The position numbers and the translations under genes were made by a program. Source: Haliotis rubra (lineage: Eukaryota). From it: a DNA stretch of 64,000 bases. The notes under the pieces were generated by a model, which saw only the letters and a program-made list of their open reading frames with translations, was not told where the DNA came from and searched no databases. Positions 39,233 through 50,176 of this stretch are shown one piece after another. The stretch is taken from NCBI RefSeq assembly GCF_003918875.1, contig NW_025767311.1:248001-312000 (forward strand), in the 5' to 3' direction. How positions within the stretch are numbered: position 1 is the stretch's first letter; every line of letters starts with the position of its first letter.

Positions 39233-40068
39233 GTGTGCTTTAGATGGTAGAATATGGGGTATATGTACGCTTTTATGCATTATAAAGGTGAAATTCCTGT
39301 TAAATGGGTCTGTATCTATATCACGTATTATATAGTTGCATAGTGCCATATACACCCAGCCTGGATCCCTGTGTATGCTGGGCTTGCGGATACACTGACC
39401 CAAGCATTAACTGAACACGGCAAACAAACATGGCGGACAGGGCGTGGATAACTTTCGCATAAAAAGCGCAACAACGGTTGGTTAAAAACAATTTCTTAGC
39501 ACTTTCATCAACATTGCGACAATGCCGCCGGATGTTACTCTTAACAAAGGAAAACATTATTTCAGCTGGTTCGAGACACGAAGACCGTCATCATTTAGAC
39601 GAAATTTAAACCATGACACACAACCATTTACAGCAACGATCTTGTTGGTAACATTTCTCGCCCGTTAGCTGTTGTCGTGGAAGTACACACAATATATTCA
39701 ACTGAACGACGACATTAAGGAAATATCGTTCTGTATGTTTGCAAGTATGATGACGCACAATTCGACGATAATGGACCATTTTCTCCCACTGTTATACCAC
39801 AGAAATACATTCAACTCCCCGTGTAATAACAAGGTAATACTTCTTTGATCCTTAATAATAACGTTCAATGGCAGGAATAATCATTGATTCTGACATTTGG
39901 ACTGAAGATTTAGCTATATAAAAAAGTCATTTGTTTTCTTATTTTATCATGAACAGAGTTAGTGTTTCTCAAACAACTGATGTAGTCAGTCATGTATTTT
40001 TTATAAATGTATGCGCTTGGGAAAATGTCATGGGTTAAAGGATATGAAATCTTAGTTTGATATTTTAA

Positions 40069-40593
40069 AGGCACATTGTCACACATGTTCGACAAGATTG
40101 TGGCTTATATTATATATATTGGGGAATATGCACTCACTTTAGCTTCCTATTGATGCAATAAAAATCTTATTATCCCTTACGACTAGCCTGAATTCGATAA
40201 TTGAAACTTAGAGGCGAACAGCTTCCAAACAGAGAACACTTGCCATATATGGAATGTAAACAATTGCTCCGTACATCGGAAACTGTCGCACGCGGTGTTG
40301 TCGGTGTTTGCCGAACTGGTTTCAATCAAAGGTTGTGCGTAGGATATTCGTAAAGAGCGCTCCAAGGGACATAACTCTGTGGGGTTGGCTTGAAATTGTG
40401 TTCAGTCGGTTGAGGGCACAAGAGTCGATTTTAGGCATTAATTCATTCGAAATTTTTAAATTAAAATTGTGATCTAAATGCGTAGTTTATTTTGAAATAA
40501 ATTATATGGTAGCTTCCCTGAGGGCTGATAGTCAGTATTATTGAGCGAAATGCATTATTTATTTTTAGAGAAGTGTGGGGTCATATAGTGCCT
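40069..40593. mobile_element. Kolobok-like MITE
   Basis: TTAA|AGGCAC...GTGCCT|TTAA. Confidence 0.6.
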
Positions 40594-40683
40594 TTAAGGG
40601 CAGTTTTGGCGGATAACCTATTTCCTTAAAGTGTACAGCAATAACATGTGGTTGAATTTTGTCTAAGGCAACGTGTACATTAA

Positions 40684-41152
40684 AGGTCACATGCAACCAC
40701 AAAATCAAACATAATTAAAACACAATTGTCACTAATTCATGACATATAATATAATAATATAACGCCTTACTGGTTGACACATAGCTGAGTAGAGCTAGAT
40801 CCTAACAATTTTCTTTTATGTAATGAAATTTACTATTTGTTTTGATTAGACTACTCCTGCTCACGACCTTATAATCTGGACATCCCGCTTCCAAGCTGAG
40901 CGAACCTATGTCACTGCGCATGTGCTATGAGCGCAGCCCAGCCCAGCGCAGCACAGCTGTTGAAACCACTTTTCACCCCAATCGCTTGGGTGAATTTAGT
41001 GAATCGTTTAAACTCCGATTTCGCGGGTTTTTTTCATCGCGTTATTTTTCAACTTTATAAGTTGAATTTGCATTTTTGATGATTTGTATCTGTAAGTCCA
41101 CACCGAAAGGTATCAGAATCTGCAAAGTTGTGTTTTACGTTGCATGTGACCT
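40684..41152. mobile_element. Kolobok-like MITE
   Basis: Perfect 14-bp TIR AGGTCACATGCAAC / GTTGCATGTGACCT flanked by TTAA and TCAA. Confidence 0.8.
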
Positions 41153-41228
41153 TCAATATCCTACCCGTGTGAAACATTGAAAACATTGCAATTCATCTGT
41201 AAAATTATCGTGGTCAGGGAAGGAGCAT

Positions 41229-41564
41229 ACCAGAACATCGCGATAAGCAAGTCGTCATATGGTGCTTTAAATTATTTTGTATTACTTTTAATTGTTGAAG
41301 GCAAATTTGAGTTTGTTCAAAGATTATTTGATACATTATGACCAGAACATCGCGATAAGCAAGTCGTCATATGGTGCTTTAAATTATTTTGTATTACTTT
41401 TAATTGTTGAAGGCAAATTTGAGTTTGTTCAAAGATTATTTGATACATTATGACCAGAACATCGCGATAAGCAAGTTGTCATATGGTGCTTTAAATTATT
41501 TTGTTTTAGTTTAAATAGTTGAAGGCAAATTTGAGTTTGTTCAAAGATTATTTGATACATTATG
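41229..41564. repeat. 112-bp tandem triplication
   Basis: Units start at 41229, 41341 and 41453. Confidence 0.95.
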
Positions 41565-42162
41565 ATTAATAAGAGCAAGGCTATTTAACTTATAAATGGT
41601 GCATTATTTCAAAAGATGACTGCTGATACAAATTCTATGATATTGTTCATGTTACTGTTAATTTCGATGGTGCCATTATTAATGAAGGTGTTGTTTTGAT
41701 TGTTTGAATTTTTGTGTAGGCAAATTCTGAGTGAACCTATGAACTTTGACCCAGGGGTTGTGTAAACAGAGGGTAGATGTTCTGAAAGTTTCAATTTGTT
41801 GATTTGTGAATGTTTATAAAAACCGGCTCGTCGGAGGACGGGGAATGGATATTTCTTATTTCGTAATACTGCTGAAACAAATACATACTCATGATATTGT
41901 CACAATTGTACAGTCGCCACTGCTTATAGCAGAGATTTGTTATGGTTATGGAATAGGTTTTGTCGCTTCTATTAGACCCTTGGGGACACGCCCATTGAAG
42001 TGGAGATCATCTATGCTGGGGTATCTGTATGGATGCTTTGGTTAAGGCTTTTAGTGTAAGAAAGATGACTTGTACTCTTCTGCCACAGTTGTCATAATCA
42101 TAATCACATTTTTGCATTTTCCAGAGATCTTCCTTAAGCGGCATTTAGAAGCTGGTATGATG

Positions 42163-42321
42163 AAGTGGAACACTTTTTATGGATAGACAACTTCTTTGTT
42201 GCCAGTAGTAGTTGCGACGTTTCGTAGATCCTAACACCGTTATCAAGCAAATGATCTACACCGAAACGTCGCAACTACTACTGCAGCAAAGAAGTTGTCT
42301 ATCCATAAAAGCGTTCCACTT
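42163..42321. mobile_element. Palindromic mini-element made of two inverted Penelope-type pLTR segments
   Basis: About 68-bp near-perfect inverted arms ending GAAACGTCGCAACTACTACTG...AAAGAAGTTGTCTATCCATAAAA. Confidence 0.75.
42211..42251 (-). ncRNA. Minimal type I hammerhead ribozyme motif (PLE-type, U3-A8 variant; helix II damaged)
   Basis: UUGC-UUGAUAA-C-GGUGU-UAGGAUCU-AC-GAAAC-GUC-GCAA. Helix I is UUGC/GCAA, the core boxes are present and GUC is the cleavage triplet. The missing ACC of helix II is preserved in the opposite arm (42253-42275). Confidence 0.65.
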
Positions 42322-42642
42322 TTCAGAGACGGCATTTACTTATTAAGTGTGCCATTTATTGGTGAAGTGGAAACTGTGGAATCCGAAGAGAGACAAATGC
42401 GTTGGCTAGATGGAAGTGCGTTATGTTTCAGGCATATTTTCTGTTATTGATGGGGAGGGGAGAATTGATTGGTTAGGACCGATTGTGGCGATGTCTTTGC
42501 GATATTCAAGGGGATTAGATTAACAACTACAATTATGTGTCGTCGTCGTCGTTGTTGTTGTTGGCGTTGTCATGCTGCCTAGATGCAGGTACAGAAAATG
42601 CTGAAATGGTGAGAGGATAGGAGGACCCCATACCTACCGAAT

Positions 42643-42808
42643 AGAGAGGGAGTGAGTTTAGTTTTGCGCCGCTTTTAGCAATATTCCAGCAATATCACGG
42701 CGGGGAACACCAGAAATAATCTTCACAGATTGTACCCATGTGAGGAATCGAACCCGGGTCTTCGGCGTGACGAGCGAACGCTTTAACCACTATGTTACCC
42801 CACCGCCC
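42643..42808 (-). mobile_element. SINE family A
   Basis: Full-length; TSD ACCGAAT at 42636-42 and 42809-15. Confidence 0.92.
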
Positions 42809-43319
42809 ACCGAATGATGAAAACATAGGTAATGAATACAATAAACGTATCGGATGAGGAAAGGGTAGCGGAGGCCGGGCTGACAGCGTTGGAACGGTGG
42901 CACAGTGGTTGTTGTAGCGGTGTAGACTGGGTTGAGATGACGCTTGATGAACCTATAGAAGCCTGGCTTGGCCGGCCAGCTTATTGATAGCTGAAGGACT
43001 GACTATTGTCGGAGAGCTGCAGCTCATCATCATTAACTGATGAGGGTTGGAGGATACGGGGGAGTGGACTTACCATTGATTGCTGTGCTGGGACTGCCTC
43101 AAGGTGAACAACGTTGTTGTGAGGACCTTGCAGGAATCGGATTCAAGGACACCGCACCATATGTACTGACATACATCAACAACATTACTTTGTGTGAACT
43201 CCTGGACATACTCACTTAGTAAATGACTTGTTTTAACTCCATTAACTTTTCAAAGAGTATACGTATATGCGCCAAAGGGTTTACTGTTATTCTTTTAACG
43301 GGGCTTACTTGTATTCCAA

Positions 43320-43563
43320 CGTGTGAAGGTCCGGGTAAGAATTGGTCTTAAGCTGCCCACGCTTGTCGTATGATGCAACTAACTGGATCAGATGGTCAGG
43401 CTCGCTGACTTGGTCGACACATGTCATCGTATCCCATTTACGTAGATCGATGCTCATGCTGTTTATCACTGGATTGTCTGGTCCAGGCTCCATTATTTAC
43501 AGACCGCCGCCATATTGCTGGAATATTGCTGAGTGCGGCGTTAAACAAGACACAATCAATCAA
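43320..43563 (+). mobile_element. SINE-like family B
   Basis: Perfect 14-bp TSD TACTTGTATTCCAA at 43306-19 and 43564-77. Confidence 0.92.
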
Positions 43564-43758
43564 TACTTGTATTCCAAAACGGTGGACTGATCCATTTATC
43601 TTCTAAGGGTACATCAGGCTGTGTTTTGATTAATTCCTACTTTTCTGTATGACAAATGTACAAATGTGGTAACATTTGTCATAGAAATTTGTTACATTCA
43701 TAATTCATAAAATAATAAAAGATATCAACTGGACAAATACTCAACTACAAAGAGAAGA

Positions 43759-44225
43759 ATTTCCTCACACACCGGTATACAATTCACACAACGAATGAAT
43801 GCATCTTTATTTCCTCACACACCGGTATACAATTCACACAATGAATGAATGCATCTTTATTTCCTCACACACCGGTATACAATTCACACAATGAATGAAT
43901 GCATCTTTATTTCCTCACACACCGGTATACAATTCACACAATGAATGAATGCATCTTTATTTCCTCACACACCGGTATACAATACAATTCACACAATGAA
44001 TGAATGCATCTTTATTTCCTCACACACCGGTATACAATTCACACAATGAATGAATGCATCTTTATTTCCTCACACACCGGTATACAATTCACACAATGAA
44101 TGAATGCATCTTTATTTCCTCACACACCAGGTATACAATTCACACAATGAATGAAAGCATCTTTATTTCCTCACACACCGGTATACAATTCACACAATGA
44201 ATGAATGCATCTTTATTTCCTCACA
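43759..44225. repeat. 50-bp minisatellite
   Basis: ATTTCCTCACACACCGGTATACAATTCACACAATGAATGAATGCATCTTT, about 9 copies. Confidence 0.95.
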
Positions 44226-45859
44226 GATAAATCAGAATATTCTCAAAAACCATCATAATTATGTAATTAAATAATAATAAATTAAGTAACAAAGTAAAAT
44301 ATATAAAATGTAGGAACATCTACCTAATATAAATACAAACTACCAACAGTGAGACATATAAGTAGAATTGTCATCACAGGTTGTTTTAGGATATCGGTTA
44401 GGCAGTTAGAATTCTATAATAGTTACATGCATCCTTATTTCACCACCAAAAAAGAGCGTCATGGCCTTATATCATTTCTGATTTAACTCATATTTTAAAA
44501 TCAAGATTATCAATTAGAGTCGGAAAAACCTATCTCTATCTGAAACTACTCATTCACAGTTTAGCATGGTGAAAATGATAATTAGCAAAGGTATTACATT
44601 TTGATATTCTGCTTCTGGTCCAAGCCTTATTGCAAAGTGCATTTCTTCTCTCTGTTCTCGACATAATATCACCATGTTGTATAACAATGCGGTAGAAGGT
44701 TATATGTCGGCCTTAAAATCGTTAATTTTCTGGCATTTATAGAATGCTGTATGATTTGGTGTATAAATTTACTAAATGGAAAGTAGAACGATTTCCGTAC
44801 CACGTGTACATACGTGACCCTTGTATAACTGTTTGATGTCGGGAGTTGACGTGTCACGCAATACACACTCAATCTAAATCAGGTCGACCTCTAAAGAAAT
44901 CCAGAATGGAGGAGGCAAAATTTCATAACTGGAGATAATATCCACAATTACAGGCCCTCAGGGTACCAAGACACGCAATGAAATGTTATAACATGACAAG
45001 GCTTCAGCATCCATTCCAATATTGTAATGGTTCAATAAAGAAGTCATATGGCTGTTAGTGGGGAATTGTATTGGAGACTCAAGCAGTTCATATCCCGTCT
45101 TCAGTGACAGTTCTGTTCTTGTATGTGTTTACTACATAATTGTCGTAATGTTAGCAGTCCAGTTATATTTTAATGAAAGCTGTAAATGGCCAAAATATGT
45201 TGGAAAATGTGTCAGAGTAATGACTAGGAAACCCTGACCTGTCTTCCGCGCTCATTCCGCTGTGCTCCAACGGTGTAAAGTCAGTAGGGGAGGTAACCGC
45301 ATGTGGTCTGAATCAGTTACTACACACGTCTAGTGTGGTTTATCAGGTTTATTCTGTTAAAGATGTAACTGCATAAAACTAAAAAAACAAGGTGTAGGTG
45401 TTAATATAAGTGACAAAACTCTTTCCTAGCCCTAATAAATCTCTGCACAAAGCAGAATCGATTGCACATTTTCCACTATATCATTAATCATCACCAGGTG
45501 TCCGCGAAAGGAGAGCCTATCCTGGCACCCTTCATAAACAAATGTCAGGTCTATCGTTTACCTGAAAATACATAGGAACGTATGGTACAAGTCTAGATAT
45601 GGAACTGAATCGGACCTATTGTTTCCTGGTCACTGACACGTCAAATGAGGTTATATCCACCAGATGTCTACCACAAAAACATTTTGAAAGCATTACTGAG
45701 ACTTACAGAACACGGAATGAACCGAAATAAAACCAGTATTGTTCATACTGTTCTGAAAATGCCTGTGTTGATTAGACGTTTGGGGAAAATTGTGTTATTG
45801 CAGAATAAATGTGTTTGTCGTCTTAATTAAGTCATGATACTGTGTTCTTGCAGTGTTAA

Positions 45860-46650
45860 TGCCTTGCATCAAAGTTAATTCGTGTACAGAACGGAACGTG
45901 ACTTAAGGTTGACATCTTGCAACTGCAAATGCGCGGGGAGCATTCATTGAGCTCCATAAAATCGCGATAAACGAGTGGGTTATAATTTTGAAAAGTACAC
46001 ATACCAGATATGAACAAACTTCGTTGACGATACAAGATTCTGTATCGAACCATCGCATCACCTGAATACAGAAGTCGTTCATCCATAAAGTTAGTCCTTA
46101 TCTGACTCTCCAACTTTTATAAATGCCAATCAAAGAATTTACACATACCAACCAAATGATTGGAACTGACCCGTTATAAACTTAAGTGTTCTACTTCTGA
46201 ACATTGAACAAAATACACAGATGTAATACGTTTATAAAGCGTCTGTGCATTCTGAAAATATTCGAAACACTAATGTTCTCAACCAAGAGGATGTTACACT
46301 TTTAGAACGTCTGTAGAGTATTTCAGGCTGAGGTACTGAAGAATGTAACGCCTCCGAACAAATGCTTTTCCAATGCTGAAATGACAAATCTTCGTGCGGA
46401 CGAAATATATTTTGGAAATTTTGCAAATCACCTCAAGGTTCTTCAAGGCGTAAAGATTCTCTTATATAGAACCACTCAGGCAAATTTTGAACTGTAATCA
46501 TGAAATATATGGATATTCAAGTAACTTAATTATGTGAGTCAGCGCTCATCATAAAACAGTGCAAACCCGCGTGTAGCATTGTTAAGCAGGCGATCCACAC
46601 TCAGCCTGAGATGTTACCAATTAACCTGGGTAAATCACCCCATGAACGAC
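45860..46650 (-). mobile_element. Decayed Penelope-like RT relic
   Basis: Collinear degraded motifs GVIY.Q (about 46640), FQNIFRPHEDL (FRYIDD position), KFFDWHL (FLD position) and IRTNFMDER (TxLYDKR position). Confidence 0.4.
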
Positions 46651-47071
46651 GTTTGTAACACCGTCACAACATGCTTCAGGAAACTTCTTGTCAAAACACG
46701 ACTCTACTGCATCCTGTATATGTTTTAATCACATATTTCTCACACTCGCCAGTAAGATGTTGCTCTTGCAAATGTTGGGTAGTAAACACAAGATTGACCT
46801 GACATTTGTTTTATTATCTACAGGCTGAAAAATGTTTTGCCATAAAATATCATTTTACAAACAACGTTATAACCTCTTTAGGTAAAGACTAGAGAAAAAT
46901 ATCCATAAATAGCTTCTTAATTCAAATGCAAGACCGCCTTCGCCCGTGTATATCAACCACCAAACTGACTTCATGGATAGAACTTGAAATGTACATTCAC
47001 TTGAATTCAATAAACAAGATTTCTGTTGACTTTTTTAGTGGCTTTTAGATGTAGGTGTGATACAGAACTTG

Positions 47072-47202
47072 GAAACTTCTATGGATATACAACTTCTTTT
47101 TGATAACCGAAGTTTAGGCGAAGCTGCTTACGCCGTTATCACTCGTTTGACAGAAACGTCGGTTACATTAATATAACGAAGTTGTGTATCCGTAGAACTT
47201 TC
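47072..47202. mobile_element. Second palindromic PLE-type mini-element with decayed hammerhead motif
   Basis: Inverted arms TCTATGGATATACAACTTC / GAAGTTGTGTATCCGTAGA; minus strand reads GTGATAACGGCG...CGCCTAAACTTCGGT and plus strand GAAACGTCGGT. Confidence 0.6.
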
Positions 47203-47663
47203 TCGGTTGTTGATGATTTCTGTTTTCGCGACTTCACACATCCTGAAAAACTGCTACTGTCGTCACGACGAGAGCTCACATATAATTACAAGGAGCTGAC
47301 AGATAAGTAGGTTTTAGCAAATTCAAATACCTCAGTTAAAAACAATCTTGTTTCAATGCAAAAAAACAACAACAAAAAACATTCGAAGGTGTTCATTTTC
47401 GAATGTGTTTATGACTTAACGAGTCAATGAAACAAATGTAGTACAACATGGTCAGCTTTCACGACTCAGCTATTAACAGTACTTGCGTGTGTTGCTACAT
47501 ACGTGGTTCATAACAGTTGTGTTCTGGCACAAAGTGGTATTTAATGGCATCACAGTACTGCGTCACATAATATGACATTATGTGCGCAATATAGCGTTAT
47601 CCGTCGTGACGCAACATTTTGTGACGTAATTTGGCGTTGTGTTGCCTAACGGCATAATATCGT

Positions 47664-47820
47664 GTTATATGGCGTTAAGTGGCGGTGATAGTATTATATG
47701 GGGTAATGTGTTGTTATATGGCGTTAAGTGGCGGTGATAGTATTATATGGCGTAATGTGTTGTTATATGGCGTTAAGTGGAGGTGATAGTATTATATGGC
47801 GTAATGTGTTGTTATATGGC
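47664..47820. repeat. 49-bp tandem repeat
   Basis: About 3 copies. Confidence 0.88.
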
Positions 47821-47902
47821 TTTGTAAGGCTTTGTCTGGTGCTGACAACATTGCGTCTAATTCTGTGGAGTAAACACCCCTGAGTCCTATTTCTTGAAGC
47901 TG

Positions 47903-48018
47903 TTCCCCACATGGGTACATTGAGTGAAGCCCATTTCTGGTATCCCCCGCCGTGATATTGCTGGAATATTGCTAAAAGCGGCCTAAAACCATACTCACTC
48001 GTTCACTCACTCATTCAC
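47903..48018 (+). mobile_element. SINE family A, 5'-truncated
   Basis: Starts inside the B box; TSD TCTT(G/A)AAGCTG at 47892-902 and 48019-29. Confidence 0.88.
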
Positions 48019-48383
48019 TCTTAAAGCTGCATATAACTCAAAATACATCACGCACACTAGCTTCTGTTTTGGGATACCATCCCCAGTGAAAGCGACGTCT
48101 AAAAAAGGGTACATCGGAAGTGCCCCAAATATTCGCAGAATTCCTATTACAAACATATTTTATTAATGACCACATTATAAAATCATACTAGTATGTGAAA
48201 ATGGTCGTACGGAAATTAAATGTGCTATAAAACACTTAAAGTTTTTAAAACAAAGCAGATTTTGATATATTTTCTACCAATTGGAAAGATCCATTCCTAA
48301 TGACTTACGGAGATGAGAATGTGCAAGGAGAGGTAATCGTAGCAAGAACTACAGACATTACAGTGATTTTAATTGGAAAATAC

Positions 48384-48812
48384 ATTGTCAGATTAGACAC
48401 ATGATTCTTGTACCTTTTGACAATACATGACAACAATACACAGATTGTCAGATTAGACACAAGGTTCTTGTACCTTATTACAATACATAACAATACAGAT
48501 TGTCAGATTAGACACATGATTCTTGTACCCTTCTCACGATACATGACAACAATACACAGATTGTCAGATTAGACACACGATTCTTGTACCTTATTACAAT
48601 ACATAACAACAATACACAGATTGTCAGATTAGACACATGATTCTTGTACCTTATTACAATACATGACAACAATACACAGATTGTCAGATTAGACACATGA
48701 TTCTTGTACCTTATTACAATACATAACAATACACAGATTGTCAGATTAGACACATGATTCTTGTACCAAATTACAATACATAATAATACAGATTGTCAGA
48801 TTAGACACATGA
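48384..48812. repeat. Minisatellite of about 55-60-bp units
   Basis: ATTGTCAGATTAGACACATGATTCTTGTACCTTATTACAATACATGACAACAATACACAG, about 7 copies. Confidence 0.93.
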
Positions 48813-50176
48813 ATCTTTTCTATAGTAACAGTCTCCGAATCTACAGAATTCCTCTTCTGAACATCACACGAAATACGGTCGGCATTTGTGAAAGAAGGTC
48901 ACTACTAAACGTCTACATTCTTTGTACTCTGTTGGTATTTGGTATGAGAATGAATGTAGATATGTAGACACTATATCTTCTACCTCTTTGTTCACGGTTT
49001 AAATCATGCAGGATGTGCATACCTTTCAACTATTTTTACCCATGAATTATACTGTAAATATTTAATTACTCTTCAACATCACTTCGTAGGCGACAAAGTA
49101 CTTAAACCTTTGATAGTCAAACATTTATTCTAAATGTTTTGTCACATGTTCTGTTTAATACGCTTTAGGTCACGTACACTGTTAAAACTGCAGGGTGTAT
49201 GCATTTCCTTTTAGGTTTCTGTTAAGTTGTGTTATGTTCTTATAAATATATTAAAAATGGATAAAAATTAGTTTTTATCATTTAACTGAAACTGAACATA
49301 TGCTGCAACAAAACACTTTTATCATGTGCACACGTTCAAAAAGACAATTGTTTGTTTCATTGTTTTTGTTTTGGTCGACGTAACACACATTCTTAATGGG
49401 GTGATACGTATACGGTACATTAGTAGAAATACATATGAAAAGGTCGTTTTCTCAGTTTTATTCTTGTACAAATGAAAAGACGCAGACACATCGTAAGAAC
49501 ATTGTACCTATAATTCTGGTATTGCTAATATATTTGTTAGGTAATTAAATGAAAATAATTCAGTAAAGTGTTTTGTTTCAATAACAGTTTGGGTAATTGG
49601 ATTCTGGATAATATTCACCCATTGCTAGTCCGAGATATAATGGCCTAGGTCTAAGTACAATGGAGTTATGCCTTTGTATACATTTTAGTCTTTTAAACAG
49701 TTTTAAAGCAAGTTTTTTTTATCGAATGATCAATTTTAAACAAAAGTAAATATATCCATTAGACATATGAATAATACGCCATCAGGGCTTGTTATACGCC
49801 ATTGTCGCTAAACGAGTAGACATTCAATATGGTTTCTCACAATGTTGATGTGCTTTGTTAAATATGGCATTTAACGAGAAATCGTGTGGCATTTTATTCA
49901 TTACTCACGCAATCGCATGAGTAAAGTTCTCCTGTTCTTGTGTGACATGACAGCAGCAACGGTTAACGATTTTTAAAACTCTTGAACAAATGGCATTTCA
50001 AGCGCAAAGCTATAGGGTGCAGAACAACTATGCAAAACACGCAAACCTCTCTCGGGCGTACGTGCACACCGCAGTTATCTCCCCTGTGCAATCACCATTA
50101 TTGGGTTCTCTGGAGATATGAGCTGAACTTACGCCCTGTTCTCATTGTCTTGGAGACATCTCGGTGATTGACATAG

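Larger units (their letters stand above)
36017..43250 (-). mobile_element. Ancient near-full-length I/Jockey-group LINE relic fragmented by younger insertions
   Basis: Collinear decayed motifs on the minus strand: Cys/His-rich ORF1-like stretch (about 43050-43190), ICL(Q)ET-like (about 42430), SEHLP (about 41780), PSGLDGI (about 38120), VLKPRKPIYEPRSY...KIMES (about 38010-37925) and QNGF. Ends in a (GAT/GAC)n tail at 36017-36065. Confidence 0.6.
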
